Assembly: GCA_947626445.1 (NCBI GenBank)
Contig: CANQSC010000003.1
Span: 1 to 34,616, forward strand
DNA: 34,616 nucleotides
DNA from: an uncultured Bacilli bacterium
Lineage (GTDB): Bacteria > Bacillota_I > Bacilli_A > RF39 > UBA660
Direction: 5' to 3'
Below, piece by piece: positions 1 to 9,222 of this stretch. Numbering within the stretch: position 1 is the first letter of the stretch; every line of letters begins with the position of its first letter. The notes under the pieces are model-generated. The model saw nothing but the letters and a program-made list of their open reading frames with translations. It ran no database searches and was not told the origin of the DNA. Made by a program: the position numbers and the translations under genes.

Positions 1-61
1 ATTTATACATAGCCTCCTACTATATATAAATATTAACATAATACCCCCCCCCCTATGTCAA
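1..61 (-). promoter_or_regulatory. Poly-G (G10) spacer promoter plus RBS for a gene starting just outside the left edge; near-copy of 3553-3613
   Basis: Minus strand: TTGACA (61-56), TA, G10 (53-44), TG-T-TAATAT, then AGGAGG. 55/61 identical to 3553-3613 by manual alignment. Confidence 0.75.
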
Positions 62-708
62 CAATTTTTTAGGCTTTCTACTAGAATTTGACTAAATTTA
101 TCAAGATATTCTTCACTCAAAAGTTTTTGTCTTTCCTTAACATTAGATAAAAAACCACATTCTATTAAAATTCCAGGAATTTTTAATCTACTATACATAT
201 ATGTACTATTAGGAATTTTTTTAATTTCTCTATTACTTTGTAAATTTTTATTTAAATAATCTTGTACTTTTAAAGCAATTTCTTTATTTAAAGAATTTTC
301 TTCATTATAAAATACTTGAGGACCATAGTAGCTACTATCTTTTAGATAATTAAGATGAATTGATATATAATAATTAGCCCTACTATTATTAATAATTTTA
401 ATACGGTGATCAAAATCACTTTTCTTACGGCGATTGGCATTAGGAGTTCCTAAATCATAATCACCATCACGAGTTAAAATAACTGTTGCCCCATTTTCTT
501 TTAATTTATCTCTTAATTTAAGACTAATTTTTAAATTAATATCTTTTTCATAAATATTTCCAACAACAGTTCCCGGATCAACACCACCATGGCCAACATC
601 AATGACATAAGTTTTATTACTTAAAGGACCACTTGCCAAAGAAGGATTAATATATAAAATAGAAGTTAAGATACAAAAACATAAAAAACTAATTAAATAT
701 TTTTTCAT
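58..708 (-). CDS. N-acetylmuramoyl-L-alanine amidase (Amidase_3, CwlD-like) with N-terminal signal/anchor
   Basis: Motifs IDVGHGGVDPG, EKDINL, ISIHLN and ILIECGFLSN; hydrophobic N-terminus. Confidence 0.9.
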   Translation of the reverse strand: MKKYLISFLCFCILTSILYINPSLASGPLSNKTYVIDVGHGGVDPGTVVGNIYEKDINLKISLKLRDKLKENGATVILTRDGDYDLGTPNANRRKKSDFDHRIKIINNSRANYYISIHLNYLKDSSYYGPQVFYNEENSLNKEIALKVQDYLNKNLQSNREIKKIPNSTYMYSRLKIPGILIECGFLSNVKERQKLLSEEYLDKFSQILVESLKNC

Positions 709-736
709 AAAATATTATATGAAAAAAGAAAAGCTT

Positions 737-1636
737 TTATTTACTTTTCTTTAGTTCTTTTAAAACTGCTAAAGAAGCAAGAGACCCATCACCTACAGCA
801 GTTGTTAACTGGCGCAAGGGCTTTAGACGAGCATCCCCAGCTACAAATATTCCAGCTGTTTTAGTATATACATCATCATGAGCAATAATATAGCCATTAT
901 CATCTAAATCAACAACATTATTAAAGATTTCATTTTCAGGTATTCTACCAATAGCAATAAATAAGCCATCTATTTTTAATTCTTGCATAGTTTCTTCATT
1001 GTCTTTAAGCATAATACTTTCTAAATATTCTTGACCATTTAAAGATACAATATTAGAGTTTAATATAAATTCAACATTAGACTTAGTTTTAAGTTCTTCT
1101 AAATTTTTATCTTCACCCCGAAATTCACTCCGACGATGAATTAAATAAACTTTATGAGCAAGATTAGATAAATATAAAGCATCTTCTAAAGCGGTATTTC
1201 CTCCCCCAATAACCGCAACAGTTTTTTCTTTAAAAAAGTTACCATCACAAGTAGCACAATAAGAAATACCTTTACCAATAAATTTAGTTTCATTAGGAAG
1301 ATTTAGTTTGCGATTAGAAGCACCTGTGGCAATTATAATTGTAGAACTTTGGTATTCATTTTTATCAGTAATAACTTTTTTATCATCACTTATTTTTAAG
1401 ACAGTTTCATATTTAATATCAGCACCTAAATTTTTAACTTGATTATATAAATTAGTTGCAAAATCATAGCCGCTTATTGACATAATACCTGGATAATTTT
1501 CAACTTTATTGGCATTAAGAATTTGCCCACCATAACTTTTAGCTTCTAACATTAAAACTTTTTTATTTGCTCTTAATAAATAAAGAGCACTTGTTAAGCC
1601 AGCAGGACCAGCACCAATGATAATAGTATCGTACAT
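737..1636 (-). CDS. trxB: Thioredoxin-disulfide reductase
   Basis: GAGPAG FAD motif, CATC redox motif, GGGNTA NADPH motif and HRR. Confidence 0.95.
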   Translation of the reverse strand: MYDTIIIGAGPAGLTSALYLLRANKKVLMLEAKSYGGQILNANKVENYPGIMSISGYDFATNLYNQVKNLGADIKYETVLKISDDKKVITDKNEYQSSTIIIATGASNRKLNLPNETKFIGKGISYCATCDGNFFKEKTVAVIGGGNTALEDALYLSNLAHKVYLIHRRSEFRGEDKNLEELKTKSNVEFILNSNIVSLNGQEYLESIMLKDNEETMQELKIDGLFIAIGRIPENEIFNNVVDLDDNGYIIAHDDVYTKTAGIFVAGDARLKPLRQLTTAVGDGSLASLAVLKELKKSK

Positions 1637-1714
1637 AAGTTAGTCACCTCATTACTTAGTATTTATAATTTTTATTTATTTAAACATTAAATAAATAAAA
1701 TATATATAAAGTAT

Positions 1715-1758
1715 ACAAAAAAATAATAAACATTGTCTATATTTATAAACAATGTTTA
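1715..1758 (-). terminator. Intrinsic terminator after surface-protein paralog 1
   Basis: Minus strand: stem TAAACATTGTTTATA / TATAGACAATGTTTA followed by a T-rich tract. Confidence 0.7.
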
Positions 1759-1770
1759 CACTATTAATAT

Positions 1771-3552
1771 TTAAAAAGCTAGAACGAGACGAAAGCTGTG
1801 ATAACTCGACGATGATCCATAATCCGTATGTAAATCGAAAATACCACTACCAGTTCCAAAGTCAATAATGCCACCACGTTGAACCCATGGACGGGCCGTG
1901 TAAACAATCCATGCTTCATCATTATACCAACTACCTACATTTCTTGATTGAATTAAATATTTCATACTTTGGAATGGGCCCATTTCTTTGGTCGCATCTC
2001 CTAATTTTCCTCTATTATACGACGTGTCACTGGTACTATAATCATATTTATCATAGAATCTTTCATCGGTTGGTAAATCTATTCCTTCTGTTACTTCTAT
2101 AATACTATGATTTACTTCCAATCCATTATCATTACATTCGGGACATGTTAATTTTCCCTTAAATCCTGAATTCCAAACATTATGTCGGCCTGATGATAAT
2201 TTGCCAGTGTGGCCATCTCCAGTGCTGTTGTCATCCATTCCACTCATCATATTTTCCCAAGCTCCCCCACTCATATCATAGATTCCACTATAATTATTTG
2301 TTGTACTGGCTACCACACTTGCTTTATTAAAATAATTGGTATTATAGTCACCATCAGCTCCAGGTGAAGAAACTCTTCCATATTCATTACAAGCTTCTGA
2401 ATTTACACTACATAATTCATTAGTGGTTGTATAGCCAATCGTTGGTTCTTGTCTTGCGGCATAGCCTGTTAAAAAATCATAATTATTATTGATCCTTATT
2501 TCTTGATGGCTTCCATACTTACTATGTTGTAAGTAAGCTACGGCTCCCCATTCACTATTTTTCATCATATGACTATTTAAATTTTGCTCATAATGTCTTC
2601 CTACTGTATAAGCTTTAGCTACTTGAATTTCTCGCCATGAATATACATTTGGCTTGATTATCACTTTGCTTGCTGCTTCTATTGCAGCTTTTTCATCTGT
2701 TGGATTTACTTGAGCAGCTGCAGTACTTCCTGCTCCATCATAACCGGTTTCAAATTTTCCTACCCATAGGCCATTCGTATCAAATGAGGTAAACGCTGGA
2801 TGCGTTAACCATTCTCCTTGTTTGTTTCCATTTTGAGGTTCAATATCTTTATTTTCAAATTCAACATTTATTATTTGTTCTTTATTTGTTTTGGTTGTTA
2901 AGCCATCATAGTTTCCTTCATCAAATATTTGATACCTGTATCTTGGGATCCAAACAAAATAACTTTCAATATCATTTTCTTCGATTGGTTGGTTTTCTCC
3001 TGGGTCTTCTACACCACTTCTTAAGATAACTGCATTTGCCCACTTCTGATTTTTATAATCATACCATTTTTCTTTGGCACTTGCTCTTGTAACATGACCA
3101 TTTTCTTCATTTATTATTATTGGTATTAATTTACTACTTAATACTGGATCTGCTCCATTTAATTCTCGATCGATATATTTATCATTAAAATATAAGGTAC
3201 ATTTGGTTTTACTTTTACTTAAATTCTTTATTAAGGGAGCCCATTCATCTTTATTCCATTCGATACTTGCTCCATTATCACATTCCCCATCGATAAACAC
3301 TAATCCTTCACTATTTTCTTTACTTGGCATTTCTTCTAATAATTCATTTCCTTTATAAAAAGCAAAATAAACATCACTATTACCAAAATAATCTACTTTT
3401 CCATTCATCATAGGAAAACTTACTTCTTCACTAAAACTTGCAAATGTTTTATATAACAAAAATGATATACTTATTAATACAATTAGACTTATACTTATTA
3501 AAATTATTTTTCTTTTCCTCTTATTTTTATCAACATATTTTTCGAGTTTCAT
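1771..3552 (-). CDS. Surface protein paralog 1 (intact): shared N-terminal anchor module plus C-terminal C-type-lectin/FGE-sulfatase-like domain, a DGR-target-like fold
   Basis: Likely start is ATG 3552 (MKLEKY...) after AGGAGG. Contains a TM segment, THPAF, GLWVGKFE, EWGAVAYL, GIYDMSGGAWE, PWVQRGG and terminal SFRLVL. Confidence 0.8.
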   Translation of the reverse strand: MKLEKYVDKNKRKRKIILISISLIVLISISFLLYKTFASFSEEVSFPMMNGKVDYFGNSDVYFAFYKGNELLEEMPSKENSEGLVFIDGECDNGASIEWNKDEWAPLIKNLSKSKTKCTLYFNDKYIDRELNGADPVLSSKLIPIIINEENGHVTRASAKEKWYDYKNQKWANAVILRSGVEDPGENQPIEENDIESYFVWIPRYRYQIFDEGNYDGLTTKTNKEQIINVEFENKDIEPQNGNKQGEWLTHPAFTSFDTNGLWVGKFETGYDGAGSTAAAQVNPTDEKAAIEAASKVIIKPNVYSWREIQVAKAYTVGRHYEQNLNSHMMKNSEWGAVAYLQHSKYGSHQEIRINNNYDFLTGYAARQEPTIGYTTTNELCSVNSEACNEYGRVSSPGADGDYNTNYFNKASVVASTTNNYSGIYDMSGGAWENMMSGMDDNSTGDGHTGKLSSGRHNVWNSGFKGKLTCPECNDNGLEVNHSIIEVTEGIDLPTDERFYDKYDYSTSDTSYNRGKLGDATKEMGPFQSMKYLIQSRNVGSWYNDEAWIVYTARPWVQRGGIIDFGTGSGIFDLHTDYGSSSSYHSFRLVLAF

Positions 3553-3613
3553 ATTTACATATAGCCTCCTACTATATATAAATATTAACACTTAACCCCC
3601 CCCCCTATGTCAA
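3553..3613 (-). promoter_or_regulatory. Poly-G (G10) spacer promoter of paralog 1, predicted phase variable
   Basis: TTGACA 3613-3608, G10 3605-3596, extended -10 TG-T-TAATAT (3587-3582), 20-bp spacer, AGGAGG 3570-3565. Confidence 0.75.
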
Positions 3614-3727
3614 GAAAAGCTTATTACTTTAGACCACTTAGTTATAAATTAAAAAATTAAAGTAATAAGAAATTGTTTAAAATGTGCAAATTATAATGCA
3701 TTTTATTTTACTCATTAATCATTATTT

Positions 3728-5507
3728 TTAAAAAGCTAGAACAAGACGAAAACTGTAGTAGCCAGCCGTACGACCGTCCGCGGCATTGAAATTGAACACG
3801 CCAGCTCCTGTACCATTGGTGTAAGCGCCACCACGTATGACCCATGGATTTCCCAAACCGACAAACCATGCCTCATCGTTATACCAACTTCCTACTGGTC
3901 TTGATTGAGTTAAATATTGCATAGTTTGAAACGGGCCTATTTCTTTGGTTGTATCTCCTAAAAAACCCCTATTATATGTTACACTACTTGTACTATAATC
4001 ATATTTATCATAATATCTTTCATCTGTTGGTAAAGCTATTCCTTCTGTTACTTCGGAAATATCATGATTTACTTCTACTCCTGGATCATTACATCCTAGA
4101 CAGGTTAATTTTCCTATAAATCCAGAATTCCACATATTATGGCGTCCTGCTGACAATTTACCGGTTTTGCCATCGCCAGTACTATTATCATCTATTCCGC
4201 TCATCATATATTCCCAAGCTCCTCCACTCATATCATAAATTCCACTATAATTATTTGTTGTACTTGATATTACACTTGCTTTATTAAAGTAATTGGTATT
4301 ATATGTTCCATCTTCTCCTGCTTTGTTTACTTCTCCATATTCATTGCAAGCATCAAGTGTATTACTACATAATTCATTTGTTCCTGTATAGCCTGTGGTT
4401 GGTTCATGAATTGCTGCATAACCGGTTAGATAATTTGAATTTATTGATTCTCACACTTGTATGACTTCCATATTTACTATGTTGTAAATAGGCTACTGCT
4501 CCCCATTCAGTGTTTTTCATCATATGACTATTTAATCTTTCTTCATAATGCAATCCAACTGTGTATGCTTTTGCTACTTGTATTCCTCGCCATGAATACA
4601 CATTTGGTTTAATTATAACTTTATTAGCTGCTTCTATTGAGGCTCTTTCATCAGCTGGATTTACTTCTGCTGCTTTAGTGCTTCCTGCTCCATCATACCC
4701 TGTTTCAAATTTGCCCACCCATATGCCATTTGTATTAAATGAGGTGAAGGCTGGATGCGTTAACCATTCTCCTTCTTTACTTCCATTTTGAGCTGCTACA
4801 TCTTTATTTTCAAATTCTATATTTATTATTTGTTCTTTATTTGTTTTGGTTGTTAAATCATTATAATTTCCTTCATCAAATATTTCATATCGATATCTTG
4901 GGATCCATACAAAATAACTTTCAATATCATTTTCTTCTATTGGCTCGTTTGCTCCTGGATCAGCTTTTCCATCTTTTAAAATAACTGCATTTGCCCATTG
5001 TTGATTTTCGTAATCATACCATTTTTCTTTTTCATTTGCTCTTGTAACACTTCCATTTTCTTCATTGATTGTTATTGGTATTAGTTTATCACTTAATACT
5101 GGATCTGTTCCTCTTAATATTTTTTCAGTATATCTTTCTTCAAAATACAAGCTACACTCGGTTTTTACACTTTTTAAATTTTTTATTAATGGTGACCATT
5201 CTTCATAATTCCATTCGATACTTGCTCCATTATCACATTCACCATGATCAAATACTAAGTTTTCTTTATTATCTTTCTGTGGCATTTCTTCTGTTAATTC
5301 ATTATTTTTATAAAATACAAAATAAATATCACTATTTCCAAAATAATCTACTTTGCCATTCATTATTGGAAAACTTACTTCTTCACTAAAACTTGCAAAA
5401 GTTTTATATAACAAAAATGATACACTTATTAAAGCTATTAGACTTATACTTATTAAAATTATTTTTCTTTTTTTCTTATTTTTATCTTCATATTTTTCAA
5501 GTTTTAT
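3728..5507 (-). pseudogene. Surface protein paralog 2, disrupted (ATG>ATA start and a frameshift at ~4442); same architecture as paralog 1
   Basis: The in-frame IKLEKYEDK begins with ATA at 5507. ORFs 4404..5414 and 3728..4231 join into a full paralog-1 homolog if 2 bp are restored in ATC AAT A AAT TCA. The downstream frame is open from 4441 to 3728. Confidence 0.8.
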
Positions 5508-5565
5508 ATGTAATCCCTTCTATCTTTATTTATTATGAATTGATAATAGTTTTATTATGTTCTCT

Positions 5566-5615
5566 ATTCTACTGTAGTATATAAATATATTATCTATTCT
5601 AATGTAGAATGTCAA
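5566..5615. promoter_or_regulatory. Promoter of paralog 2 (TTGACA-17-TAATAT, minus strand) overlapped by two 15-bp palindromic operators
   Basis: ATTCTAC-T-GTAGTAT (5566-5580) and ATTCTAA-T-GTAGAAT (5596-5610), 30 bp apart. -35 at 5615-5610, -10 at 5592-5587. Confidence 0.7.
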
Positions 5616-5658
5616 GATAGAGTTTTCAATGTTAATATCTTTTTAAGGAAGGATATTC

Positions 5659-5895
5659 ATGAATGAAAGTAAGATTATTTTTAAATTAAAAAAGATTATG
5701 GATGAAAAAAAGATGAGTAAAAATCATCTTTGTAAATTAACTGGTTTAAGATTTGAAACTGTTCAAGGATATTATAAAGGAAATATTTCTAGAGTTGATT
5801 TATATGTTCTATCTTTATTATGTAAAACTCTTGATTGTCGTGTAGAAGATTTAATTGAATATCAAGATACTAAAAAAGAAAAACAATTACAATAA
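5659..5895 (+). CDS. XRE/Cro-C1 family helix-turn-helix transcriptional regulator
   Basis: 78 aa with LKKIMDEKKMSKNHLCKLTGL...LCKTLDCRVEDLIEY; RBS AAGGAAGG. Confidence 0.9.
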   Translation: MNESKIIFKLKKIMDEKKMSKNHLCKLTGLRFETVQGYYKGNISRVDLYVLSLLCKTLDCRVEDLIEYQDTKKEKQLQ

Positions 5896-8094
5896 TTATT
5901 TTCTTAGTCTTAAGGAATTTAAAACAACAGTTAAACTACTTATAGTCATAGCTAAACTAGCAATCATTGGATTTAATGAAAGTCCAAATGGTTTTATTAT
6001 TCCAATTGCTAAAGGTATCATTAATATATTATAGAAAAAGGCCCAAAAAAGATTTTGTTTAATTATTTTAATAGTACGTTTACTAATGTTTATTAAAGAA
6101 ATTATTTTTTCTAAATCATCATTCATTAATATAACATCAGATGAATCGGCCGCAATGTCAGTACCGGAATTAACACTTATACCAATATCAGCAGTGGCAA
6201 GAGATGGAGCATCATTAATGCCATCACCAACCATCATTACGGTTTTGCCTTCTTTAATTAATTGTTTAATATAATTAGTTTTTTCATGAGGCATTACTTC
6301 AGCTTGAATATTTTTGATACCTACTTTTTCAGCAATAATTTTAGCTGTATGTTCATTATCACCGGTCAGCATAACAACATTTTTATGAAGTTTTAATAAA
6401 TTTTCAACTACTTTTTTTGCATTAATTCTTAAGATATCTTTAACTCCTATTACTCCTACTATTTCATTATTAATGATTACATAAATTATTGTATTGCCAT
6501 CCTTTGTTAAAGTAGCTTCATCTTTTAAATAATCATTTTTGATTTTTAATTTATTTACTAGTTTTTGATTTCCAGCATAAATGTTTTCGTTTTTAATTTT
6601 ACCAGACAAACCAAGACCAGCCATATTTTTAAAGTTAGTAACTTTTATTAACTCTAAATTTTTTTCTTTAGCATAATTAGTAAAAGATGTAGCAATTGGA
6701 TGAGAAGAACAACTTTCTAAACTAGCAACTTTTGTTATTAATTCTTCATTAGATAATTTACTATAATTAAATATTTTAGCGATTTTTAAATTACCATAAG
6801 TTAAAGTTCCGGTTTTATCAAAAACTATTGTATTAACTTTATGAGCATTTTCTAAGGTAACACTTAATTTTACTAAAATGCCTTTTTTAGCACATAAGCC
6901 TTCACTTACGACAATTGCAAGAGGAGTTGCAAGGCCTAGAGCACAAGGACACGCGACAACTAAGACAGTTACAAAATGAATTAAGGATGCACTAAAATTG
7001 TGAGTGAATATTAAGTAGCCTAGAAAAGTTAAAAGCGCAATTAAAAGGATTGTTGGAACAAAATAACTACTTATTTTATCCGCTATTTGAGCAATTGGGG
7101 CTTTAGTATTGGTTGCTTCAACTACTAAATTCACAATTTGACTAATAGTAGAGTCTTTACCAATTTTTATAGCTTTATATTCAATATAACCATCTAAATT
7201 TAGAGAACCTGCTATGACTTTGTCATTAATTGTTTTTTTACTAGGAATTGATTCACCGGTAATAAAAGTTTCATCTAAATAGGTTGTTCCACTTGTAATA
7301 ATACCATCAACAGCAATTTTATCTCCTGGCTTACAAACTAAAATATCACCTTTTTTTACTTCATCAATAGTGACTTCTTTAATATCTCCATCAACTTTTA
7401 GATTAGCTTTAAGGGGCGTAATTTTTACTAATTCTTGAATTGCTGATTTAGTTTTTTCACGATTTTTACTTTCTAAGAAACGGCCAATTTTAATAAAAAG
7501 TAAAACAATTGCTGAGGACTCAAAATATAAATTATGAACATAATGAGTTTTTCCTACAACAATCATGATTAAACTAAATGTACTATATAAAAAACTTGCT
7601 AAAACCCCAATGCTTACTAAAGTATCCATATTAGGGGCTAGAGAAAATAAATTTCTTAAACCCTTTTTTAAAATATCAAAACCATAAATTAAGAAAGGAA
7701 TAGTTAATATAAATAAACATATAGCATAATTAAGAGGATTTTCTTTCATACAGAAATATTTAATAGTTGGCATTTTTAACATTTCAGCCATACTAATATA
7801 CATTAAAATAATTGCTAAAATACTTAAAAGAATAATTGGTTTTAAATGATGCTCCTTTTTTTCTTCTTGTTTTTCATTATATATTCCTAAGTATTCATAA
7901 CCTGATGTTTTAACATAGTTTGCTAAATCATTAATATTAATACTATCATCATAAGTTACTAAGGCTGTTGCCATAACTAAATTAACAGAAGCATCAATAA
8001 CTCCTTTACTATTTTTTAAATGTTTTTCAACATGATTAGAACATGCACTACAAGTCATACCGCCAATTTTTAAAATAATTTTATTCATTTTCAT
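5896..8094 (-). CDS. copA: Copper-translocating P1B-type ATPase
   Basis: GMTCSAC metal-binding domain, TGES, CPC, DKTGT, HP, GDGIND, YN and MxxSS Cu(I) motifs. Confidence 0.92.
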   Translation of the reverse strand: MKMNKIILKIGGMTCSACSNHVEKHLKNSKGVIDASVNLVMATALVTYDDSININDLANYVKTSGYEYLGIYNEKQEEKKEHHLKPIILLSILAIILMYISMAEMLKMPTIKYFCMKENPLNYAICLFILTIPFLIYGFDILKKGLRNLFSLAPNMDTLVSIGVLASFLYSTFSLIMIVVGKTHYVHNLYFESSAIVLLFIKIGRFLESKNREKTKSAIQELVKITPLKANLKVDGDIKEVTIDEVKKGDILVCKPGDKIAVDGIITSGTTYLDETFITGESIPSKKTINDKVIAGSLNLDGYIEYKAIKIGKDSTISQIVNLVVEATNTKAPIAQIADKISSYFVPTILLIALLTFLGYLIFTHNFSASLIHFVTVLVVACPCALGLATPLAIVVSEGLCAKKGILVKLSVTLENAHKVNTIVFDKTGTLTYGNLKIAKIFNYSKLSNEELITKVASLESCSSHPIATSFTNYAKEKNLELIKVTNFKNMAGLGLSGKIKNENIYAGNQKLVNKLKIKNDYLKDEATLTKDGNTIIYVIINNEIVGVIGVKDILRINAKKVVENLLKLHKNVVMLTGDNEHTAKIIAEKVGIKNIQAEVMPHEKTNYIKQLIKEGKTVMMVGDGINDAPSLATADIGISVNSGTDIAADSSDVILMNDDLEKIISLINISKRTIKIIKQNLFWAFFYNILMIPLAIGIIKPFGLSLNPMIASLAMTISSLTVVLNSLRLRK

Positions 8095-9155
8095 TAACTC
8101 CCACTGATAATTAATTTAATTACTTCTATAAATCTTTTTTTCATATTATTAGGAACATTTTTAATTTCTTTAAAAAAGTTAACAATGGAGATTGGTTTTA
8201 TTTCTCTAAATTGCATAACATTTTTAATACCTAAATGTTCACATATTAAAGCTAATGTTTCAACAAATTTAACTTTTTCTTCTTCTGTCATTTCCTCTAA
8301 ATATTTTTTTAAGTTTTTTTCTAAGTTAAGACTTTTTTTAGAAAGTTTGCCTTCTAGGAATTTGCCCCCAAAACAACACCAACTATCACCATAATGTTGT
8401 AATAAGCCTAGATTATGAGATTTTACTACTTCATATTTATCATGACCTAAAATCATGCCAAAAATACTTTGTTCAGGTACATATATTTTTAATTTAGGAA
8501 GCATTTCTTGCCATTCTCTTGCTTTTAATACATCATCTAAAAAGCCTGGTCCATCATAGTTATAAACATTAATTATTCTTTTTTTGATATTAGTACTCGC
8601 ATGCATGTAAGCATACATAGCTAAGTTACCACCTTTAGAATGACCCCCAACATATATATTACGATCTAAAATATTAATTGTTTCATTTAAATAATTTTTA
8701 GCTTTGTTTTGTGAAATGGTTGGATATTTATAGATTAATTCAAAATCTTCTTCCCAACCAATAATATTACTATCAGTTCCTTCAAAAGCTACATAACAAA
8801 GGTTAGATGGAAATCTTAACGTTAAAGCTCCAAATTGCGTTTCTTTATTTATTTCTTCTAAATAATAATAAACTTTAGCTTCATTAAATCTTTGACAATC
8901 TTTTAAAGCTTTAATTAAATTATAAGTACTAGGAAACAAATAATCTTCTTTTTTAAAATCTTTTTCCGAATATTTTTTTAAATAGATTTCACATATTTCT
9001 TTTATGGTTTTAAAACCTTTTTTATGATTTGGAACAATATTAGTTAATTTAGCATAAGTTAGTAGAGTTATAATTAAACTATCTACTTCATTAAAGGCAA
9101 GTTCTTTAAAAGAGGAATTACCATAATACTTTAAATAATCATATATATCTTTCAT
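8094..9155 (-). CDS. DUF2974 (Mbeg1-like) alpha/beta hydrolase
   Basis: FNEVDSL, QFGA, VAFEGTD, GWEED, GGHSKGGNLA and DGPGF; start ATG 9155 after GGAG. Confidence 0.85.
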   Translation of the reverse strand: MKDIYDYLKYYGNSSFKELAFNEVDSLIITLLTYAKLTNIVPNHKKGFKTIKEICEIYLKKYSEKDFKKEDYLFPSTYNLIKALKDCQRFNEAKVYYYLEEINKETQFGALTLRFPSNLCYVAFEGTDSNIIGWEEDFELIYKYPTISQNKAKNYLNETINILDRNIYVGGHSKGGNLAMYAYMHASTNIKKRIINVYNYDGPGFLDDVLKAREWQEMLPKLKIYVPEQSIFGMILGHDKYEVVKSHNLGLLQHYGDSWCCFGGKFLEGKLSKKSLNLEKNLKKYLEEMTEEEKVKFVETLALICEHLGIKNVMQFREIKPISIVNFFKEIKNVPNNMKKRFIEVIKLIISGS

Positions 9156-9222
9156 ATTGACCTCCATTGTGTTTTTTATTTCTTTTTGTTATAATAACAC
9201 ATATGAAGGTAGGATGAAAAGA

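Noticed and set aside
3555-3560. ATG-TAA start-stop between the RBS and the start of paralog 1
   Set aside because: Not conserved in the near-identical copy at 1-61; likely chance.
3571-3591. Longer ORF-track start for paralog 1 (3591)
   Set aside because: It overlaps the -10 element; the RBS and paralog alignment support ATG 3552.
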